NCBI GenBank assembly: GCA_951406725.2
Contig: OX597815.1
Location: 28,830,001 to 28,894,000 of the forward strand
Direction: 5' to 3'
DNA length: 64,000 nt
From: Octopus vulgaris
Lineage: Eukaryota
Translations under genes and position numbers: made by a program
The notes under the pieces: model-generated
Told to the model about the DNA's origin: nothing
The model's database searches: none
Seen by the model: only the letters and a program-made list of their open reading frames with translations
Shown here: piece after piece, positions 1 to 12,996 of the stretch
How positions within the stretch are numbered: position 1 is the first letter of the stretch
How the letters are laid out: the number at the start of each line of letters is the position of its first letter

Positions 1-192
1 TAGTCAAACGAATCGACCCCAGTACTTATTTTTTAAAGCCAAAGACTTGTTCTATCGGTCTCTTGCCGAAGAGCTATAGTAACGGGGACGTAAACACACC
101 GACACCGATTGTAAAGCGGTGGCGGGAAACAAATACAGAGACACAGTTACACACATGCACAAGCACACACATACACACACACATACACATAA

Positions 193-229
<37 letters not shown>

Positions 230-439
230 AAAGTGTTGTTTTGACTAATCTTGAAACGTACGTTCTCAAATAACCTAAATAGCTTTAAAAAAGTATTTTA
301 GCTGCTATTTCTAATGAGTTCAGTATGCGGCAAAGTAATTTATTTTACTAAGCCCTTTTTTATATAATGTAATAATTTGAATTCGCCTTAAATGGTCCCT
401 TTGCATGCTGAACACTTGGTGAGATTGATTAATAATTAA

Positions 440-483
<44 letters not shown>

Positions 484-617
484 AGCTTCTTGCTTCTTTC
501 AGTTTCCGTCTTCCAAATCAACTCACAAGGCATTGGTTGGCCCAAGACTATAGTAGAAGACACTCACCCAAGGTGCCAAGCAGTGGACCGAACCCAGAAC
601 CATTTGGTTGGGAAGCA
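1..617 (-). mobile_element. SINE family A (tRNA-like head, CORE-like block, internal microsatellite, CR1-like tail); interrupted copy
   Basis: 484-617 is the reverse complement of the family A head. 1-146 is the reverse complement of its tail (gtttacgtccccgtt...gagaccgatagaa). Both match the copies at 12548, 40759 and 42029. Confidence 0.8.
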
Positions 618-644
618 TCTATTTATTTCATTAACCCATCAAAG

Positions 645-810
645 TGTTTGTCCCCAACCACCGTTTGAGAACCGGTGTTGGTGCGTTTATGTCCCCGTAA
701 CTTAGCGGTTCGACAAAAATAGAATATGTATCAGACTTTAGAAAAAGTGCTGAGGTTGATTCATTCAATTAAAAATTTTAATGACTGAAACAAAGAAAAG
801 ATAAATGATA
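645..810 (+). mobile_element. SINE family A 3' half
   Basis: Contains ggtgttggtgcgtttatgtccccgtaacttagcggttcg...aatgactgaaacaaag, matching the family A tail. Confidence 0.75.
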
Positions 811-976
811 ATAGATTTTCAGAAACTTAATGAATTTGTAATGTTCAATAAGGTGTCTTGTACAGGAAAGACAAAACTCATGGATGGGATTGGATTGGAA
901 CTAAAGATATACGCACTGATATCTCATCTCTACATGTGTAATCAACTGCATGCATCAACAGAAATGAATTGATATA

Positions 977-1485
977 CAGTAAATCCTCGAGTATAGTCCC
1001 CCTTGAGTATAATACGCAGGGGATTTTTAGGGGGCAGTAACTCTGAAAAACCAAAACCTTGTGTATAATACGCACCCCTCCTCTAACTTGAGTCAAGGAG
1101 GTCTATATAACGTCCTTGGTTTGTAAAAATGTATACGGTAACGTCCTTTATTATTATTGCATATATAACATAATGCAAACGTGTAGCTTTTTTGTGCATT
1201 TTGTTTGCAGAAAATAAAGAAATAACAGTAATAACGTTTAATAAATGTTGTTTATTGCAAGTTATGGATGATTCTTCTATGACTTCATTGCTTTCAGGTT
1301 TAGTTTAATGTATTTTCGCGCCCGACATCACAAAATGCGTCTGAATAAACATTGCCGGACAGCAAATAGACTCAGACATTGCTTAGAAAATAATTTTCAT
1401 TTTTAACCTCGTATATAGTACGCACTAGGGATTTTGACCATTAAATTTTGGAGAAAAAATGCGGATTATACTCGAGAATTTACGG
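977..1485. mobile_element. Non-autonomous Tc1/mariner-superfamily (pogo/Tc2-like) element
   Basis: TIRs cagtaaatcctcgagtatagtcc and ggattatactcgagaatttacgg. TA dinucleotides flank both ends (975-976, 1486-1487). Confidence 0.85.
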
Positions 1486-2865
1486 TAGGTAGATATATGC
1501 TTAATTGAAACCATTACTTTAACTAATTAATCTGCACACTACTGAATAATCGGTGAGACGCATAACTTTCAGGTTTAGATGTGTTGAAGTAATTAGATGT
1601 TGTGGTTACAGAGATTAACATCGATTAATATGTATGGTGTCTCAGATACTGGTCTGCTGCAGTTATGCATATGCTGTAATTGAAACAATACTGGTAAGTA
1701 CAGAACAAATAAAATTGCGAATCCTTTTATAAATTTTTTGATTGTTAATGTTCCTTGGGATAACAATACATATTCATTGTAGAGGTTTGATGATTATTCT
1801 GAATGGATGATCGTGCTGTCTAATGACAAAATGTGTTCCAGCCGTGGCCACTCTTTCCACAAATATGAAACCATATTACTGAATGCCATCTTTTTAAAAT
1901 AATACAGTATGAGTAAGGGATGTGACGATTATTTCTAACAGGACGTGTTAGAAACTCCTGCTCAGTAATATACGGAAGTTCGGTTAGTTCATTCATTCCT
2001 TACAATAAATGTTTATTGAACCTAATAAAAGTAATATGTGTTTATTTATGCTTTCAGATTATTTCCTTTCTGGGATTGCCGAACATAGTATTTTGCATTC
2101 AAATATGACTGAATGAGATCGACTTAGTGCATCTCCAATCTCAGTAAATATGAGCATAAATTGAACCCTGCGACTGTACCCACGTAAAATTACAAACGAT
2201 ATACCCATCAAATGACCATTTTACTCATTCTCTCTCTGTTCCTTACTTACTTCCTTTCTCCTTTCATTCATTCACTCATCCCTAGGGAATACATACAAAC
2301 ACAAACTTACATTCATATATACAAACACACGCACACACATACATACACATGCATAGCTATATTACATTTCATACATATTGCATTTGTCGTGTTTCTCAGC
2401 AATTTTCTTATACCTCCCCAGTGAGACTTCAGTATTGTACCAGGTACGTTTCTATTTTTATATATATTCAACATCTGCAAATTGAACCCAATCGCTGGTT
2501 CCCCTACGTACACATTGCACCTAAAACGAAGCCAGCATCCAGCTAGTGCCAATGTGTACAGAGCCACATTATCTGCCAGACCTCATCGCCTCTTCACTGA
2601 ACGACCCAGATATCTTTTATAGATGGCACTTTTATAGGTCTCCTTCACATGCACACACATATACACAAACACATACAGATATTCACTCACTCACACTCAC
2701 ACACATACATATATATATATACACACACACATACATACATATACATACATATATGATATATGCGTATTTATATATAAATATAACATGCACACACATACAC
2801 ACATAAGTATTTATATGTATGTGTGTGTGTGTGTGTGCGTGTGTGTGCGTGTGTATGTTTAAGTA

Positions 2866-2920
<55 letters not shown>

Positions 2921-2978
2921 GTATATATTCATATTTATACACACACATATATGTATGCATATATATGTGTTGGTATAA

Positions 2979-3052
<74 letters not shown>

Positions 3053-3900
3053 ATGTATGTATGTATGTATGTATATATATATTGTTGTATTTAGGGATGA
3101 TCATGTTGCCAGTTTAGCCAATAAAAACACACGCACTATATATTTGGTGTTAATTTGCTTCAGCTTTTTTTTTACATTAATCGTATTCCGGCCAGAGTTC
3201 TTTCGTCACACTTCTGTGCTTTCTTCTTTCTTATTTGTGTATCTTTCCTTACTAACGATATATATTATATATATATAAACAAGTGACTTCCATAGGATTG
3301 CGGCCGTTTCGGCAGCCTTCTTCATATAGTATTAATTTCTACATGCAAAAAATATTTGCATTAATATGTACGATCAACATTATACAGGCTTTACCAATGC
3401 GTCTGTTTACATCGCTTTCATTCTAGAGATTTTACTATCTAGATAAATAAAATGAGTAGTATTGTATATGGATTCAAGGAATCGTATGACTATTACAATT
3501 GTATGTTCACAAATTAATGCAAATAAAGAAAGCTGTTCATTAGATCACCGGAGCATCAAGGTTAGTATACATATTAATGCATACATGTAAGTATAATTTG
3601 TTGCATACTGTAATCAATACTATATGGAGACGGTTTCGAAACGGCTGTAACCCAATGAAAGACACTTTGCTGAATAAATAAAAAAATATTTTCAACTCAC
3701 ATACCTGTAAGCTTTATACTTTAATAGACTCCTTACTGAATAATTTTATCGTTCGAATTTTTTTGGATTTTCATTTACACAGGTACTTGACGTTACACTA
3801 CGTTGTAATTGATTATTACGTGGGCTGATAGGTGAGTCCATAAGAGGAGCGTACTGTAATAGTCGTACGAGTCTTTGAAACCATACATAGTACTACTCAT

Positions 3901-4380
3901 TTTATTTATCTAGGTAATAAAATCTCTGGCTGCGAAAGCGATGTAAAGACACGCAATGGTAAAGCCTGGGTTGCCGTCGACAAATTATCTCTAGGTGGAA
4001 ATCTAGACTTCCAGACATGAAAAGGAACCGCTTTCAAGCAATTGTTACCTCTGTTCTATTCTATGACTGCTCAGCATGCTCTGTTGTATGAGCTGCTCAG
4101 TTTTGAGGTAGGGGCTTTTACCTCAAAACTGGAAAGAAGATTGGGTGGAGCCTACACTCGCATGCTAAGAGTGGCTTTAAACGTCATTTGGAGAGCGATT
4201 GTATGGGGACCTTCGTCCAGTGTCAGATATCATCAAAGAACGTATTGCTGGAGAGCTAAGAACGTATTGCTGGAGAGCCGACACAAGGCAGAACTAACAC
4301 AGGGCCACAAGCCAAAAAGTATATCAAATAGATTTGTGACGACATAAACTGCAATCCCTCTGATTCTCCCGAATACGACG
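3901..4380 (+). mobile_element. RTE-clade LINE remnant (C-terminal RT region)
   Basis: Translates, with stops and frameshifts, to FIYLGNKISGCESDVKTRNGKAWVAVDKL...KLERRLGGAYTRMLRVALNVIW, which is typical of the RTE post-YADD region. Confidence 0.8.
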
Positions 4381-4607
4381 AACTCATTGTCTCGGGTTAT
4401 GACTTAGCTTTCATTTATTTATTTATTTGTTTATTTGTACTTTTAAATTGTTATCTGCTGAGACAACCAGCCTAACACACGATACAGCATGATCGCAAGT
4501 TTAAATTTTAGTCAAAACTCTGTCACAGCAGTATGCAAATTATGGCATCAGATTAGGCAATCATTATCCATATATCTAAGTACAAACCTCGTTAATATCT
4601 AACACTC

Positions 4608-4671
4608 ATCAAATCTCAATATCTACCGCTTATCAAATCTCAATATCTACCGCTTATCAAATCTCAATATC
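4608..4671. repeat. 24-bp tandem repeat, about 2.6 copies
   Basis: Unit atcaaatctcaatatctaccgctt. Confidence 0.9.
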
Positions 4672-5043
4672 ATTTATACTATGAAATTAATATCTCATTC
4701 TAAACATTATTGAAACATTGCTGAACCATTTTTACATCAAGTCTAACTACGACATGCTTCCTTCTTTGATTCTTAAAGAATATCTGACCATAAATATGGC
4801 ACAATGCATAGCCAATGGAATGATGCTTACTGCATTTACTGCATTTGTGTTTTACAAATATGTCTGTTTTATAAATATTCTACACGTATGGGGTCTTTCA
4901 ATATTTACTCTTGGTCATTTTTTTAGTTCTATTTTTCCTGTTTGCATCATCAAACCTGTATATATACATATGTACTTATGTATGTAAGTATATCATATAT
5001 ATAGGTGTGTCAATATACATGTGTGTATGTATGTGTATTTATG

Positions 5044-5104
<61 letters not shown>

Positions 5105-5162
5105 GTATATATATATGTATATAGATACGCATATACATATGTACATATTTTTATACACACAC

Positions 5163-5196
<34 letters not shown>

Positions 5197-5302
5197 ACAT
5201 ATATATTTACATACATACATATATGTTTCGTGACGTTCTGTGCCCACATATGCATATATATATACGTATAGATGTAAGTATGTACATATACGTACGTATA
5301 TA

Positions 5303-5344
<42 letters not shown>

Positions 5345-5779
5345 TACATAAATATACATATAGATATATACAGACACACACACATACATACGTAAATACA
5401 CATGCACACACATATACATATATTATAATATATTATATTATATAAAAAAAATTTACCACACCCTCCGAATGAATAAGGCGATTATACACTCACGCCACAT
5501 TAGTTTTATGACTTCATTAGTTTCATAGGCAGTTTTCTTTTCTTTTCCTTTTTTTTTATTTTTGTTTGTGGCGGATGGGGAATTCGATGCTTGCAATAAT
5601 AACCTTACTATTGATAGGGCTCTAGTGAACTAGCGAGATTGAAATGAGAACGCGAAGATATTGCACATTGCGTTTGGCGTTCTGACAGTTACGCCAAACC
5701 ACTACCCTGGGAAGGTAGTCTAATTATTGTTATCAAAAAGATTAAAATCAAAGTTGGTCTTTGACATATATATATATAA

Positions 5780-5864
<85 letters not shown>

Positions 5865-5942
5865 TGTGTGTGTGACCGCGTGCGTACCGTTGGCGATTTT
5901 TTTTCCTCCGTCTTCCCTTCTCTGGATCTTTCCTTTTCCTAT

Positions 5943-5977
5943 GTTTCTGACGAAGAGCTCTGCTCGAAACGTTAAAC
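5943..5977 (+). ncRNA. Minimal type I hammerhead ribozyme motif (Penelope-like element type)
   Basis: gttt-CTGACGA-a-gagc-tct-gctc-GAA-acgt-t-aaac: stem I gttt/aaac, intact core, stem II gagc/gctc, palindromic ACGT stem III. Confidence 0.75.
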
Positions 5978-6074
5978 CCTCCTTCTTCCCTTCCTTCCTG
6001 AGCGTCCAATAATACTATATTTGCTCCACGTCCTCGCGTTGTTGTGTTTTCTCTTTGTGTTTTCATGTTTGGAT

Positions 6075-6111
<37 letters not shown>

Positions 6112-7072
6112 TAGGTAATTAAGGGTTTAGCAACGATTTGCCTCACCACACACCGAATTTAGAAATAGCAGTCAAAAAGTTATGGCTATTCTTTCTACTT
6201 AAGAGGGAGATCTCAGTAAAACCACACCACTTAAAAGGCAAACGCAGGCAAAAGAGAAAGAAATGACGACAATCATTCTATATTAAGTCACCTACGGACG
6301 TACGTTTCGAAGTTTTGTCATAGGAAAGCTTGGTGAAATTAATGATTATTCCAAATTAATGCCGAAATCTACTTGGTGAAATTAATGTTTATTCCAAATT
6401 AATTGATTTCACCATATATTATTATTGATAACCATATATATACATATATATATATATATAGTTGGCGAATGCCTTTCAATATATATTCCAGATCAACGAA
6501 TCAAATTCCATCCGAAACCAACTTTGATTTTCATCTTTTTGATGACAATAATTAAACTACTACTCCAGGGCATACACACACACACACACACACACACACA
6601 TAACGGTGTCTTTGCAATGATGTAATGTTCTCGTAAATCAATTAAAGGAGTCGTTAGAAACGGCCGTAATGAATTGACACATGTACCTCTTTGTTACTCT
6701 CTTATATTTCATTCACCTATCCTGGAATCTACGCTCCGTAAATATTACAGACAGTATTTTTAATATAAAGTACATGTCTGAATAGCGAAGAGCGGATTAC
6801 TTCACTCAGCTGGGTCTTATTATCTGCATACACTGCAAGAATATCATGTGGTCGGCTCTTATGCACTTCACTTAATATTATTGAGTATGCACGTTACTCA
6901 GACCTAACAAGGTGCCTCAATTTAATTACCTAATTCAACTGAATCTTAATTGTATTATATATATATCAGTATATATTTAAGCTTAAATCTTATAGCGATC
7001 ACCGTGAAATGACTAAGGAAAATAGCCTAATAATAAAGCATATAAGCCCTCGACAAAAAAAAGTATGCATTC

Positions 7073-7141
7073 CCATCCGCGTGGGACTCGAACCCACATC
7101 CCTTTGCTAACGCGACTGTGTTACCATTACACCAACGAATT
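7073..7141 (-). pseudogene. tRNA-like sequence (tRNA pseudogene or isolated tRNA-derived head) with downstream Pol III T-run
   Basis: Minus strand reads aattcgt tg gtgt aatggta acac a gtcgcgttagcaaaggg at gtggg ttcgagt cccac gcggatg g. D and T stems are perfect, A and B boxes are present, the anticodon arm is unpaired, and T8 lies at 7055-7062. Confidence 0.6.
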
Positions 7142-7350
7142 AGCCTCCTTGTTCTGTCAAATTTAAGAACTATATTAGTTTGTAGTTGTTTTTGTTTTTT
7201 TTTTGCAAACAAACTTGTATGTGCTTTCGGTGCGAATGGTTTTGTTATACGGTGCCGTATATATATCTGAATGTATATATATGATATGATATGGTGTGAG
7301 GTACATTAGGATTTGATGAATTGCATGGGGTCTTCTATCTCTAAATGACA

Positions 7351-7396
<46 letters not shown>

Positions 7397-7991
7397 TGCG
7401 CGCGCGCGTGTGTGTGTGTATGTGTGTGTGCATGTTTATATGTTTAGCACATCGTTCTTACAAGTTACAATTGTATGGGTACCACTCCTTTGTAACGCAA
7501 TTACCCGTTTCATGTGACAATTACGTAATGTTTGCGGTTGATTACACTAAAGAGGCGCAATATATGATTTCATTATCCAAAAATATGACTACAGATCGAG
7601 TAACCTGATAAAAGCATCGCACTGATCCGAACTATAGGTGTAGATGATAGAAAACATACGTTTTAAAGAGTACAAATTTGGTGGTTTGTGTTTCGAAGTT
7701 TAAGTCACACTAAAGAAGCTTTAATTTTATATTCTTCCATTTTTGATAAAATGATATGGCCACATCAAATCAACCACCTATGATAAGATTAATACCAAGA
7801 ACTTATAGGATTGGTTATAACTTTCATTATCGTACATTTAAACAGAAAATGAAAATCTCTCCTTCAGCAGAACGCTGATTTTGACGATTAGTCACTCGGC
7901 AGCGAAGGTAAACGCAGTACTGTAAGTTAAGTATGGTAGTATTCGCTATTTCCACAGTTAGCATTGCTGCTCATAGCTTTGATTTCTAGCT

Positions 7992-8442
7992 TTCTATTTC
8001 TTTATTGCCCACAAGAGCCTAAACATAGAGGGGACAACCAAAAGGATTAAGACGATTACATCGACCCCAGTGCGTAACTGGTACTTAATTTATCGACCCC
8101 GAAAGGATGAAAGGCAAAGTCGACCTCGGTGGAATTTGAACTCAGAACGTAACGGCATACGAAATACCGCTTAGCATTTCACCCGGCGTGCTAACGATTA
8201 TGCCAGCTCGCCGCCTTAATAATAATAGTAATCCTTTTCATTATAGGCACAAGGCCTGAAATTTGCGGGTAGGAGACTAGGTGATTACATCGACCCCATT
8301 GTTTGACTGATACTTAATTTATCCGAAATGGATAAAAGGCAAAAATCGACCTCGGCGGAATTTGAACTCAGAACGTAACGGCAGACGAAATACCGCTTAG
8401 CATTTCACCCGGCGTGCTAACGATTCTGCCAGCTCGCCGCCT
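7992..8442 (-). mobile_element. SINE family B, two adjacent copies (7992-8217, 8232-8442)
   Basis: Minus strand reads ggcggcgagctggcagaatcgttagcacgccggg...gagttcaaattcc...ggtcgactttgcctttcatcctttcggggtcgataaattaagtaccag, i.e. a tRNA-like head plus a conserved central domain. The two copies have different tails. Confidence 0.9.
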
Positions 8443-9657
8443 TAAATTCTGGCATCCATTACCAGTTAGTGAGTTTCACTGTTAGCTCTCAATATACTAC
8501 TTTTCTGGTAACAAGATTCAGCTTAGCTTATCTACAAAAATTCGGTCATTCGTCCCTTTTGATAAGCTAAATTAACCCTACAAACGAAATATAGTACACC
8601 TTAAAATTTTGTAGAAATCTGAATGTATATTCTAGTATACAATCACGAAATCTAGAGAGTGTTTTGGGGTAAAGACACGGGGTTCCAATTTCTGATTAGA
8701 ACAATTTGACAATTCTTACTTCATTGATACCTTTCAGAAATCTATGAACGTCTCACGGTCACACTTCCGCTTCTCCTTAACCTATGCTTATGTAAGAAAT
8801 CAATATACGCGTTTGAGAACGACAAAGAAGGGAAGCAGTAAAACTTGACAATGTTTACAGGTAATGAAGGCATTAACTGTCTCTTGTTTTGTTTCTCCCC
8901 GTCCGTGCTGCTATGATTTCAGATACAAAATAGTTGATGTGGAAAGATGAGATTTGACTCGCCCTAGAGAGTAAATTTGTTCACATCTACAACACCTTTA
9001 TTGTTCTTATCAAGTGAAACGAATTAGAGATTGACACGAGTGGGCGGATGTGTTGAAAAAAGATTCCAAAGATGTCATTGAGTATATCATTCAATACGAC
9101 AAATGCTTTACACCCGAACATCCGTATGTTAATATCAAACACCTAAGACATGACTACCCTAAGATTTATATATCTAGGACATGTTAATCACAGGAAATAA
9201 AATCGCGGTCACGATTTAGAAAACAAGCTGGTACAACTTTTGACTGAGCCGATTTCACATGATAGAATAAATTGTATTCTGAGGAGCATATCTGGTTGAG
9301 CCGTTAATATTTTGATCTGAGGGCCAAAGTTAATATCACGTCTCTGATTCTGCGTCATGTCCTTGACAAATATAGTTAACTTTTATTGTACCAAAACGCA
9401 ATGGTAGCAAGCGGGTACGAATGTATGAGAAAGAAAGAGAGAGGGTGTGTGAATGTGAGAGAGGGGAAGAGAGAGTGTGAATATGTGTGAGACAGAGAGA
9501 AAGAGAGAGAGAATGCGTGCGTATGTAAGAGAGAGAGGAGATGGTATTTGGGTGATATACAGGAATTAAAAATAACGATTCATGACAGTAGACTGTGCAT
9601 CGCTTCTTCTTTTCTGAAGATTTAATTAAAGAAATGACTACAACCAGAAACTGAAAC

Positions 9658-9696
9658 CTTGTCTCATATACATCATACCAGTAGTCTACCATTTGT
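9658..9696 (-). other. Candidate 39-nt micro-exon
   Basis: ttttactctcttatag|ACAAATGGTAGACTACTGGTATGATGTATATGAGACAAG|gtttca. Open only in phase 2 (QMVDYWYDVYET). The donor is weak. Confidence 0.25.
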
Positions 9697-9832
9697 CTAT
9701 AAGAGAGTAAAATTTCTACACTTCATAAAGAATGAAATGTATTGTAGTGTAAGAGAATTGAAACGCATTCGCCTGTGTGTGAGTCGACTGTGGATGGCGA
9801 ATCAACACACACAGTTATTCTGGAAGAAATAG

Positions 9833-9864
<32 letters not shown>

Positions 9865-10123
9865 CAAACAAATAAGACTGATTTTCACCCTTTCATTCAA
9901 TTTGATGTAGGAAGTGTTTTTCTTATGATGATGATGATGATGATGATGAGGGAATTTTTTTTCACACGACCTTTTATTTCATCGTAACCCGTTTTTTGTG
10001 CAGATGTATTGCCTTCACTTATCGAGTGTGTCGACAGGGTTCACTGGGGGTTTATTTATACACATGTATATATACGCGTGTGCGTATGTCTATGTTTATA
10101 TACATGTGTACAAATGTATATCG

Positions 10124-10159
<36 letters not shown>

Positions 10160-10277
10160 ATGTGTGTGTGTGTATGTGTGTGCGCGCGTGTGTGTGTGAT
10201 GTGTCGATTCATAACAGCATAAAAATAAAATAGTGGTCGAGGCTGGAATTTTCTTTTTAATTTTATACAAACAGGCT

Positions 10278-10335
<58 letters not shown>

Positions 10336-10349
10336 TAGATAGATAGACA

Positions 10350-10383
<34 letters not shown>

Positions 10384-10526
10384 GAGACAGACAGGCAGAC
10401 AACTAGATAGATAGACAGATTATTGGGCATTATCAATGCTTTTACTTCCGTAGTAAAACAACTTCCTGTGAACTGACTGATGTATTAGTTTTAGATTAAA
10501 GAAAAATTACTATTCTTTAAAAATAC

Positions 10527-10759
10527 CTATTTCTTTACTGCCCACAAGGGGCTAAACACAGAGAGGACAAACAAGGACAGACAAATGGATTAAGTCGATT
10601 ATATCTACCCCAGTGCGCAACTGGTACTTATTTAATCGACCCCGAAAGAATGAAAGGCAAAGTCGACCTCGGCGGAATTTGAACTCAGAACGTAACGGCA
10701 GACGAAATACTGCTAAGCATTTCGCCCAGCGTGCTAACGTTTCTGCCAGCTCGCCGCCT
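10527..10759 (-). mobile_element. SINE family B
   Basis: Near-identical to the copies at 19610 and 38626. Confidence 0.9.
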
Positions 10760-11349
10760 TTTCTTTAAAAAATACCTCCGAATGTTTATTTTATTAATGA
10801 AATTAAATATACATATTGAAGTAATTAAATTCATTACCTTAATGGCAATGTAAAACTTCTTGCTCATAAAAAAAAAAATCGTTGCTAGTGTACAACATAT
10901 TCATGCCAGTTGAATAGCCCTTTTATGTAGAACACACATAGCTCTGATAATTAAAGTTTTATGCGTTTATTTCATTAGATAATCAACGATGTGTTCAATA
11001 TTATAGAATTTTCAAAATATCGAAGTTAATCAAATATGAGTCATGTACTCTATATTCTCCAATTTGTTGAATTAGCCAATCTTATTTAATATCAGTTTTA
11101 TTGAGATCTCCTTTTTATTATTTTATGCAAGGGTATATTGTTGTTTGGGTATGTTGCTTAACCCCCAAGTCACTCTTAAACGACCGAACAAATAGATCAA
11201 TTATGGAAAGTATAACAACCATGGTCAACCCATAATTGTTTTAATTAGAAATTCAATTAAATTTCTTTGAAAATATATGGAGAGAGTTTCATGAGGCTGT
11301 CGACTGTTTTCTTTCGCATTTTGTGTGTGTGTGTGTGTGTGTGTGCGTG

Positions 11350-11432
<83 letters not shown>

Positions 11433-11540
11433 AATGTCTTTGAGAACAGTTTTCATATAGCTGATGAACAAATACCGTAAGAGATTTAATTGCAAAGATT
11501 ATCGTTTCCGATGTTGCTGCATATTGGCAAAATATATATC

Positions 11541-11589
<49 letters not shown>

Positions 11590-11602
11590 TTTTTATCCTA
11601 TA

Positions 11603-11880
11603 CTCGTTTCAGTTACTGAACTGCGGCCATGCTGGAGTACTATCTTGAAGTGTTTAGTCAAACATGTGTGTCTGTGTTTGTCCCCCAGCACTGCTTGATA
11701 ACCAGTGTTAGTATCTTTACGTCCCTGTAACTTAGCGGTTCAGCAAGAAACCGATAGAATAAATACCAGGCTTTAAAAAATAAATAAGTACCGAAGTTGA
11801 TTCGTTTAACTAACATTCTTCAAGACGGTGCCCCAGCATGGCCGTAGCTTAATGGCTGAAACAAGCAAAAGATAAAAGAT
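11603..11880. mobile_element. SINE family A tail fragments (11603-11662 minus, 11665-11880 plus)
   Basis: gtttcagttactgaactgcggccatgctggag (reverse-complement tail end), followed by tttacgtccctgtaacttagcgg...ggtgccccagcatggccgtag...ctgaaac. Confidence 0.75.
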
Positions 11881-12547
11881 ATAGATATCTATTTATATGG
11901 ATATCCGTCGGTTGCAACGGATCAAAGACTCGTTGAATTATATTATAAGTAGTTGTGTATTCTCCTGACAATTGTACCATTCACATAATTAGCAATTTCC
12001 GAAAAGAATCCGTGTTAAAATATATGACAAGAATGGAACTTTGAATTACAAGTCATTCACCAGACTTCCATAGTTCCTGCCTAACCCGTTATCCCCACAA
12101 CACTAAAGTAGACTCGATACTATCGTAGATGACACAATAGTATCGAATCAAGAGCCTCGTGATTGTAAAGCGAACTGTTTAACCACATAACCATACTTTC
12201 TTTACATTCATGCTTGAAAAATAAAAGCAAAAAGATTCATTTTATAACTAATTTCAATTTAAATTACAACATACGCAAATTTTTTTAGTCATAAACTGTT
12301 ATAATCATTTTCGCTTGTTTCTTGAGTTGTCAAAAGTTTCCGGTCGCATTTCTATGGCCTGGTTATTGTCGCAATCTTATTGCAACTGTTGTAAATTAGT
12401 TCCTTGCAAGTATTTATAGGCCTTGGAGCGTTTTCTTTTCTGTGTTTTTTTTTATTTTGTTTTTTTTTTCGTTCACTCATCAGACATAAAAATCTAACTC
12501 ATAGTTGCCAGGCACTCACAAATGCTGTTCTTCCTTTATATTTCCTA

Positions 12548-12704
12548 GGACTGGCTGTATGGTAAGTAGGTTGTTTACCAACCATATGGTCATGGGTTCA
12601 GACCCACTTCGTGGCACCTTAGGCAAGTGTCTTCTACTATAGCTTCGGGCCGACCAAAGCCTTGTTAGTGGATTTGGTAGACGGAAACTGGAAGAAGCCC
12701 GTCG

Positions 12705-12788
<84 letters not shown>

Positions 12789-12996
12789 TGTGTGTCTGTG
12801 TGTCTGTGTTTATCCCCCAAACATCGCTTGACAACCGATGCCGGTGTGTTTACGTCCCCGTAACTTAGCGGTTCAGCAAAAGAGACCGATAGAATAAGTA
12901 CTAAGCTTACACAGAATAAGCTCTGGGGTCTATTTGGTCGACTAAAGGCGATGCTCCAGCATGGTCGCAGTCGAATGACTGAAACAAGTAAAAGAG
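12548..12996 (+). mobile_element. SINE family A, full length
   Basis: Head tggctgtatggtaag...gggttcagaccc, CORE-like ccttaggcaagtgtctt, internal (TA)n(TG)n, tail ggcgatgctccagcatggtcgcagtcgaatgactgaaacaagtaaaaga. Confidence 0.9.

Noticed and set aside
2546-5419. Numerous ORFs rich in YI, CV, HT and LSIY (also near 10-11k, 18.7k, 24k, 28k, 33k and 53.8k)
   Set aside because: They are stop-free translations of dinucleotide and tetranucleotide microsatellites, not genes.
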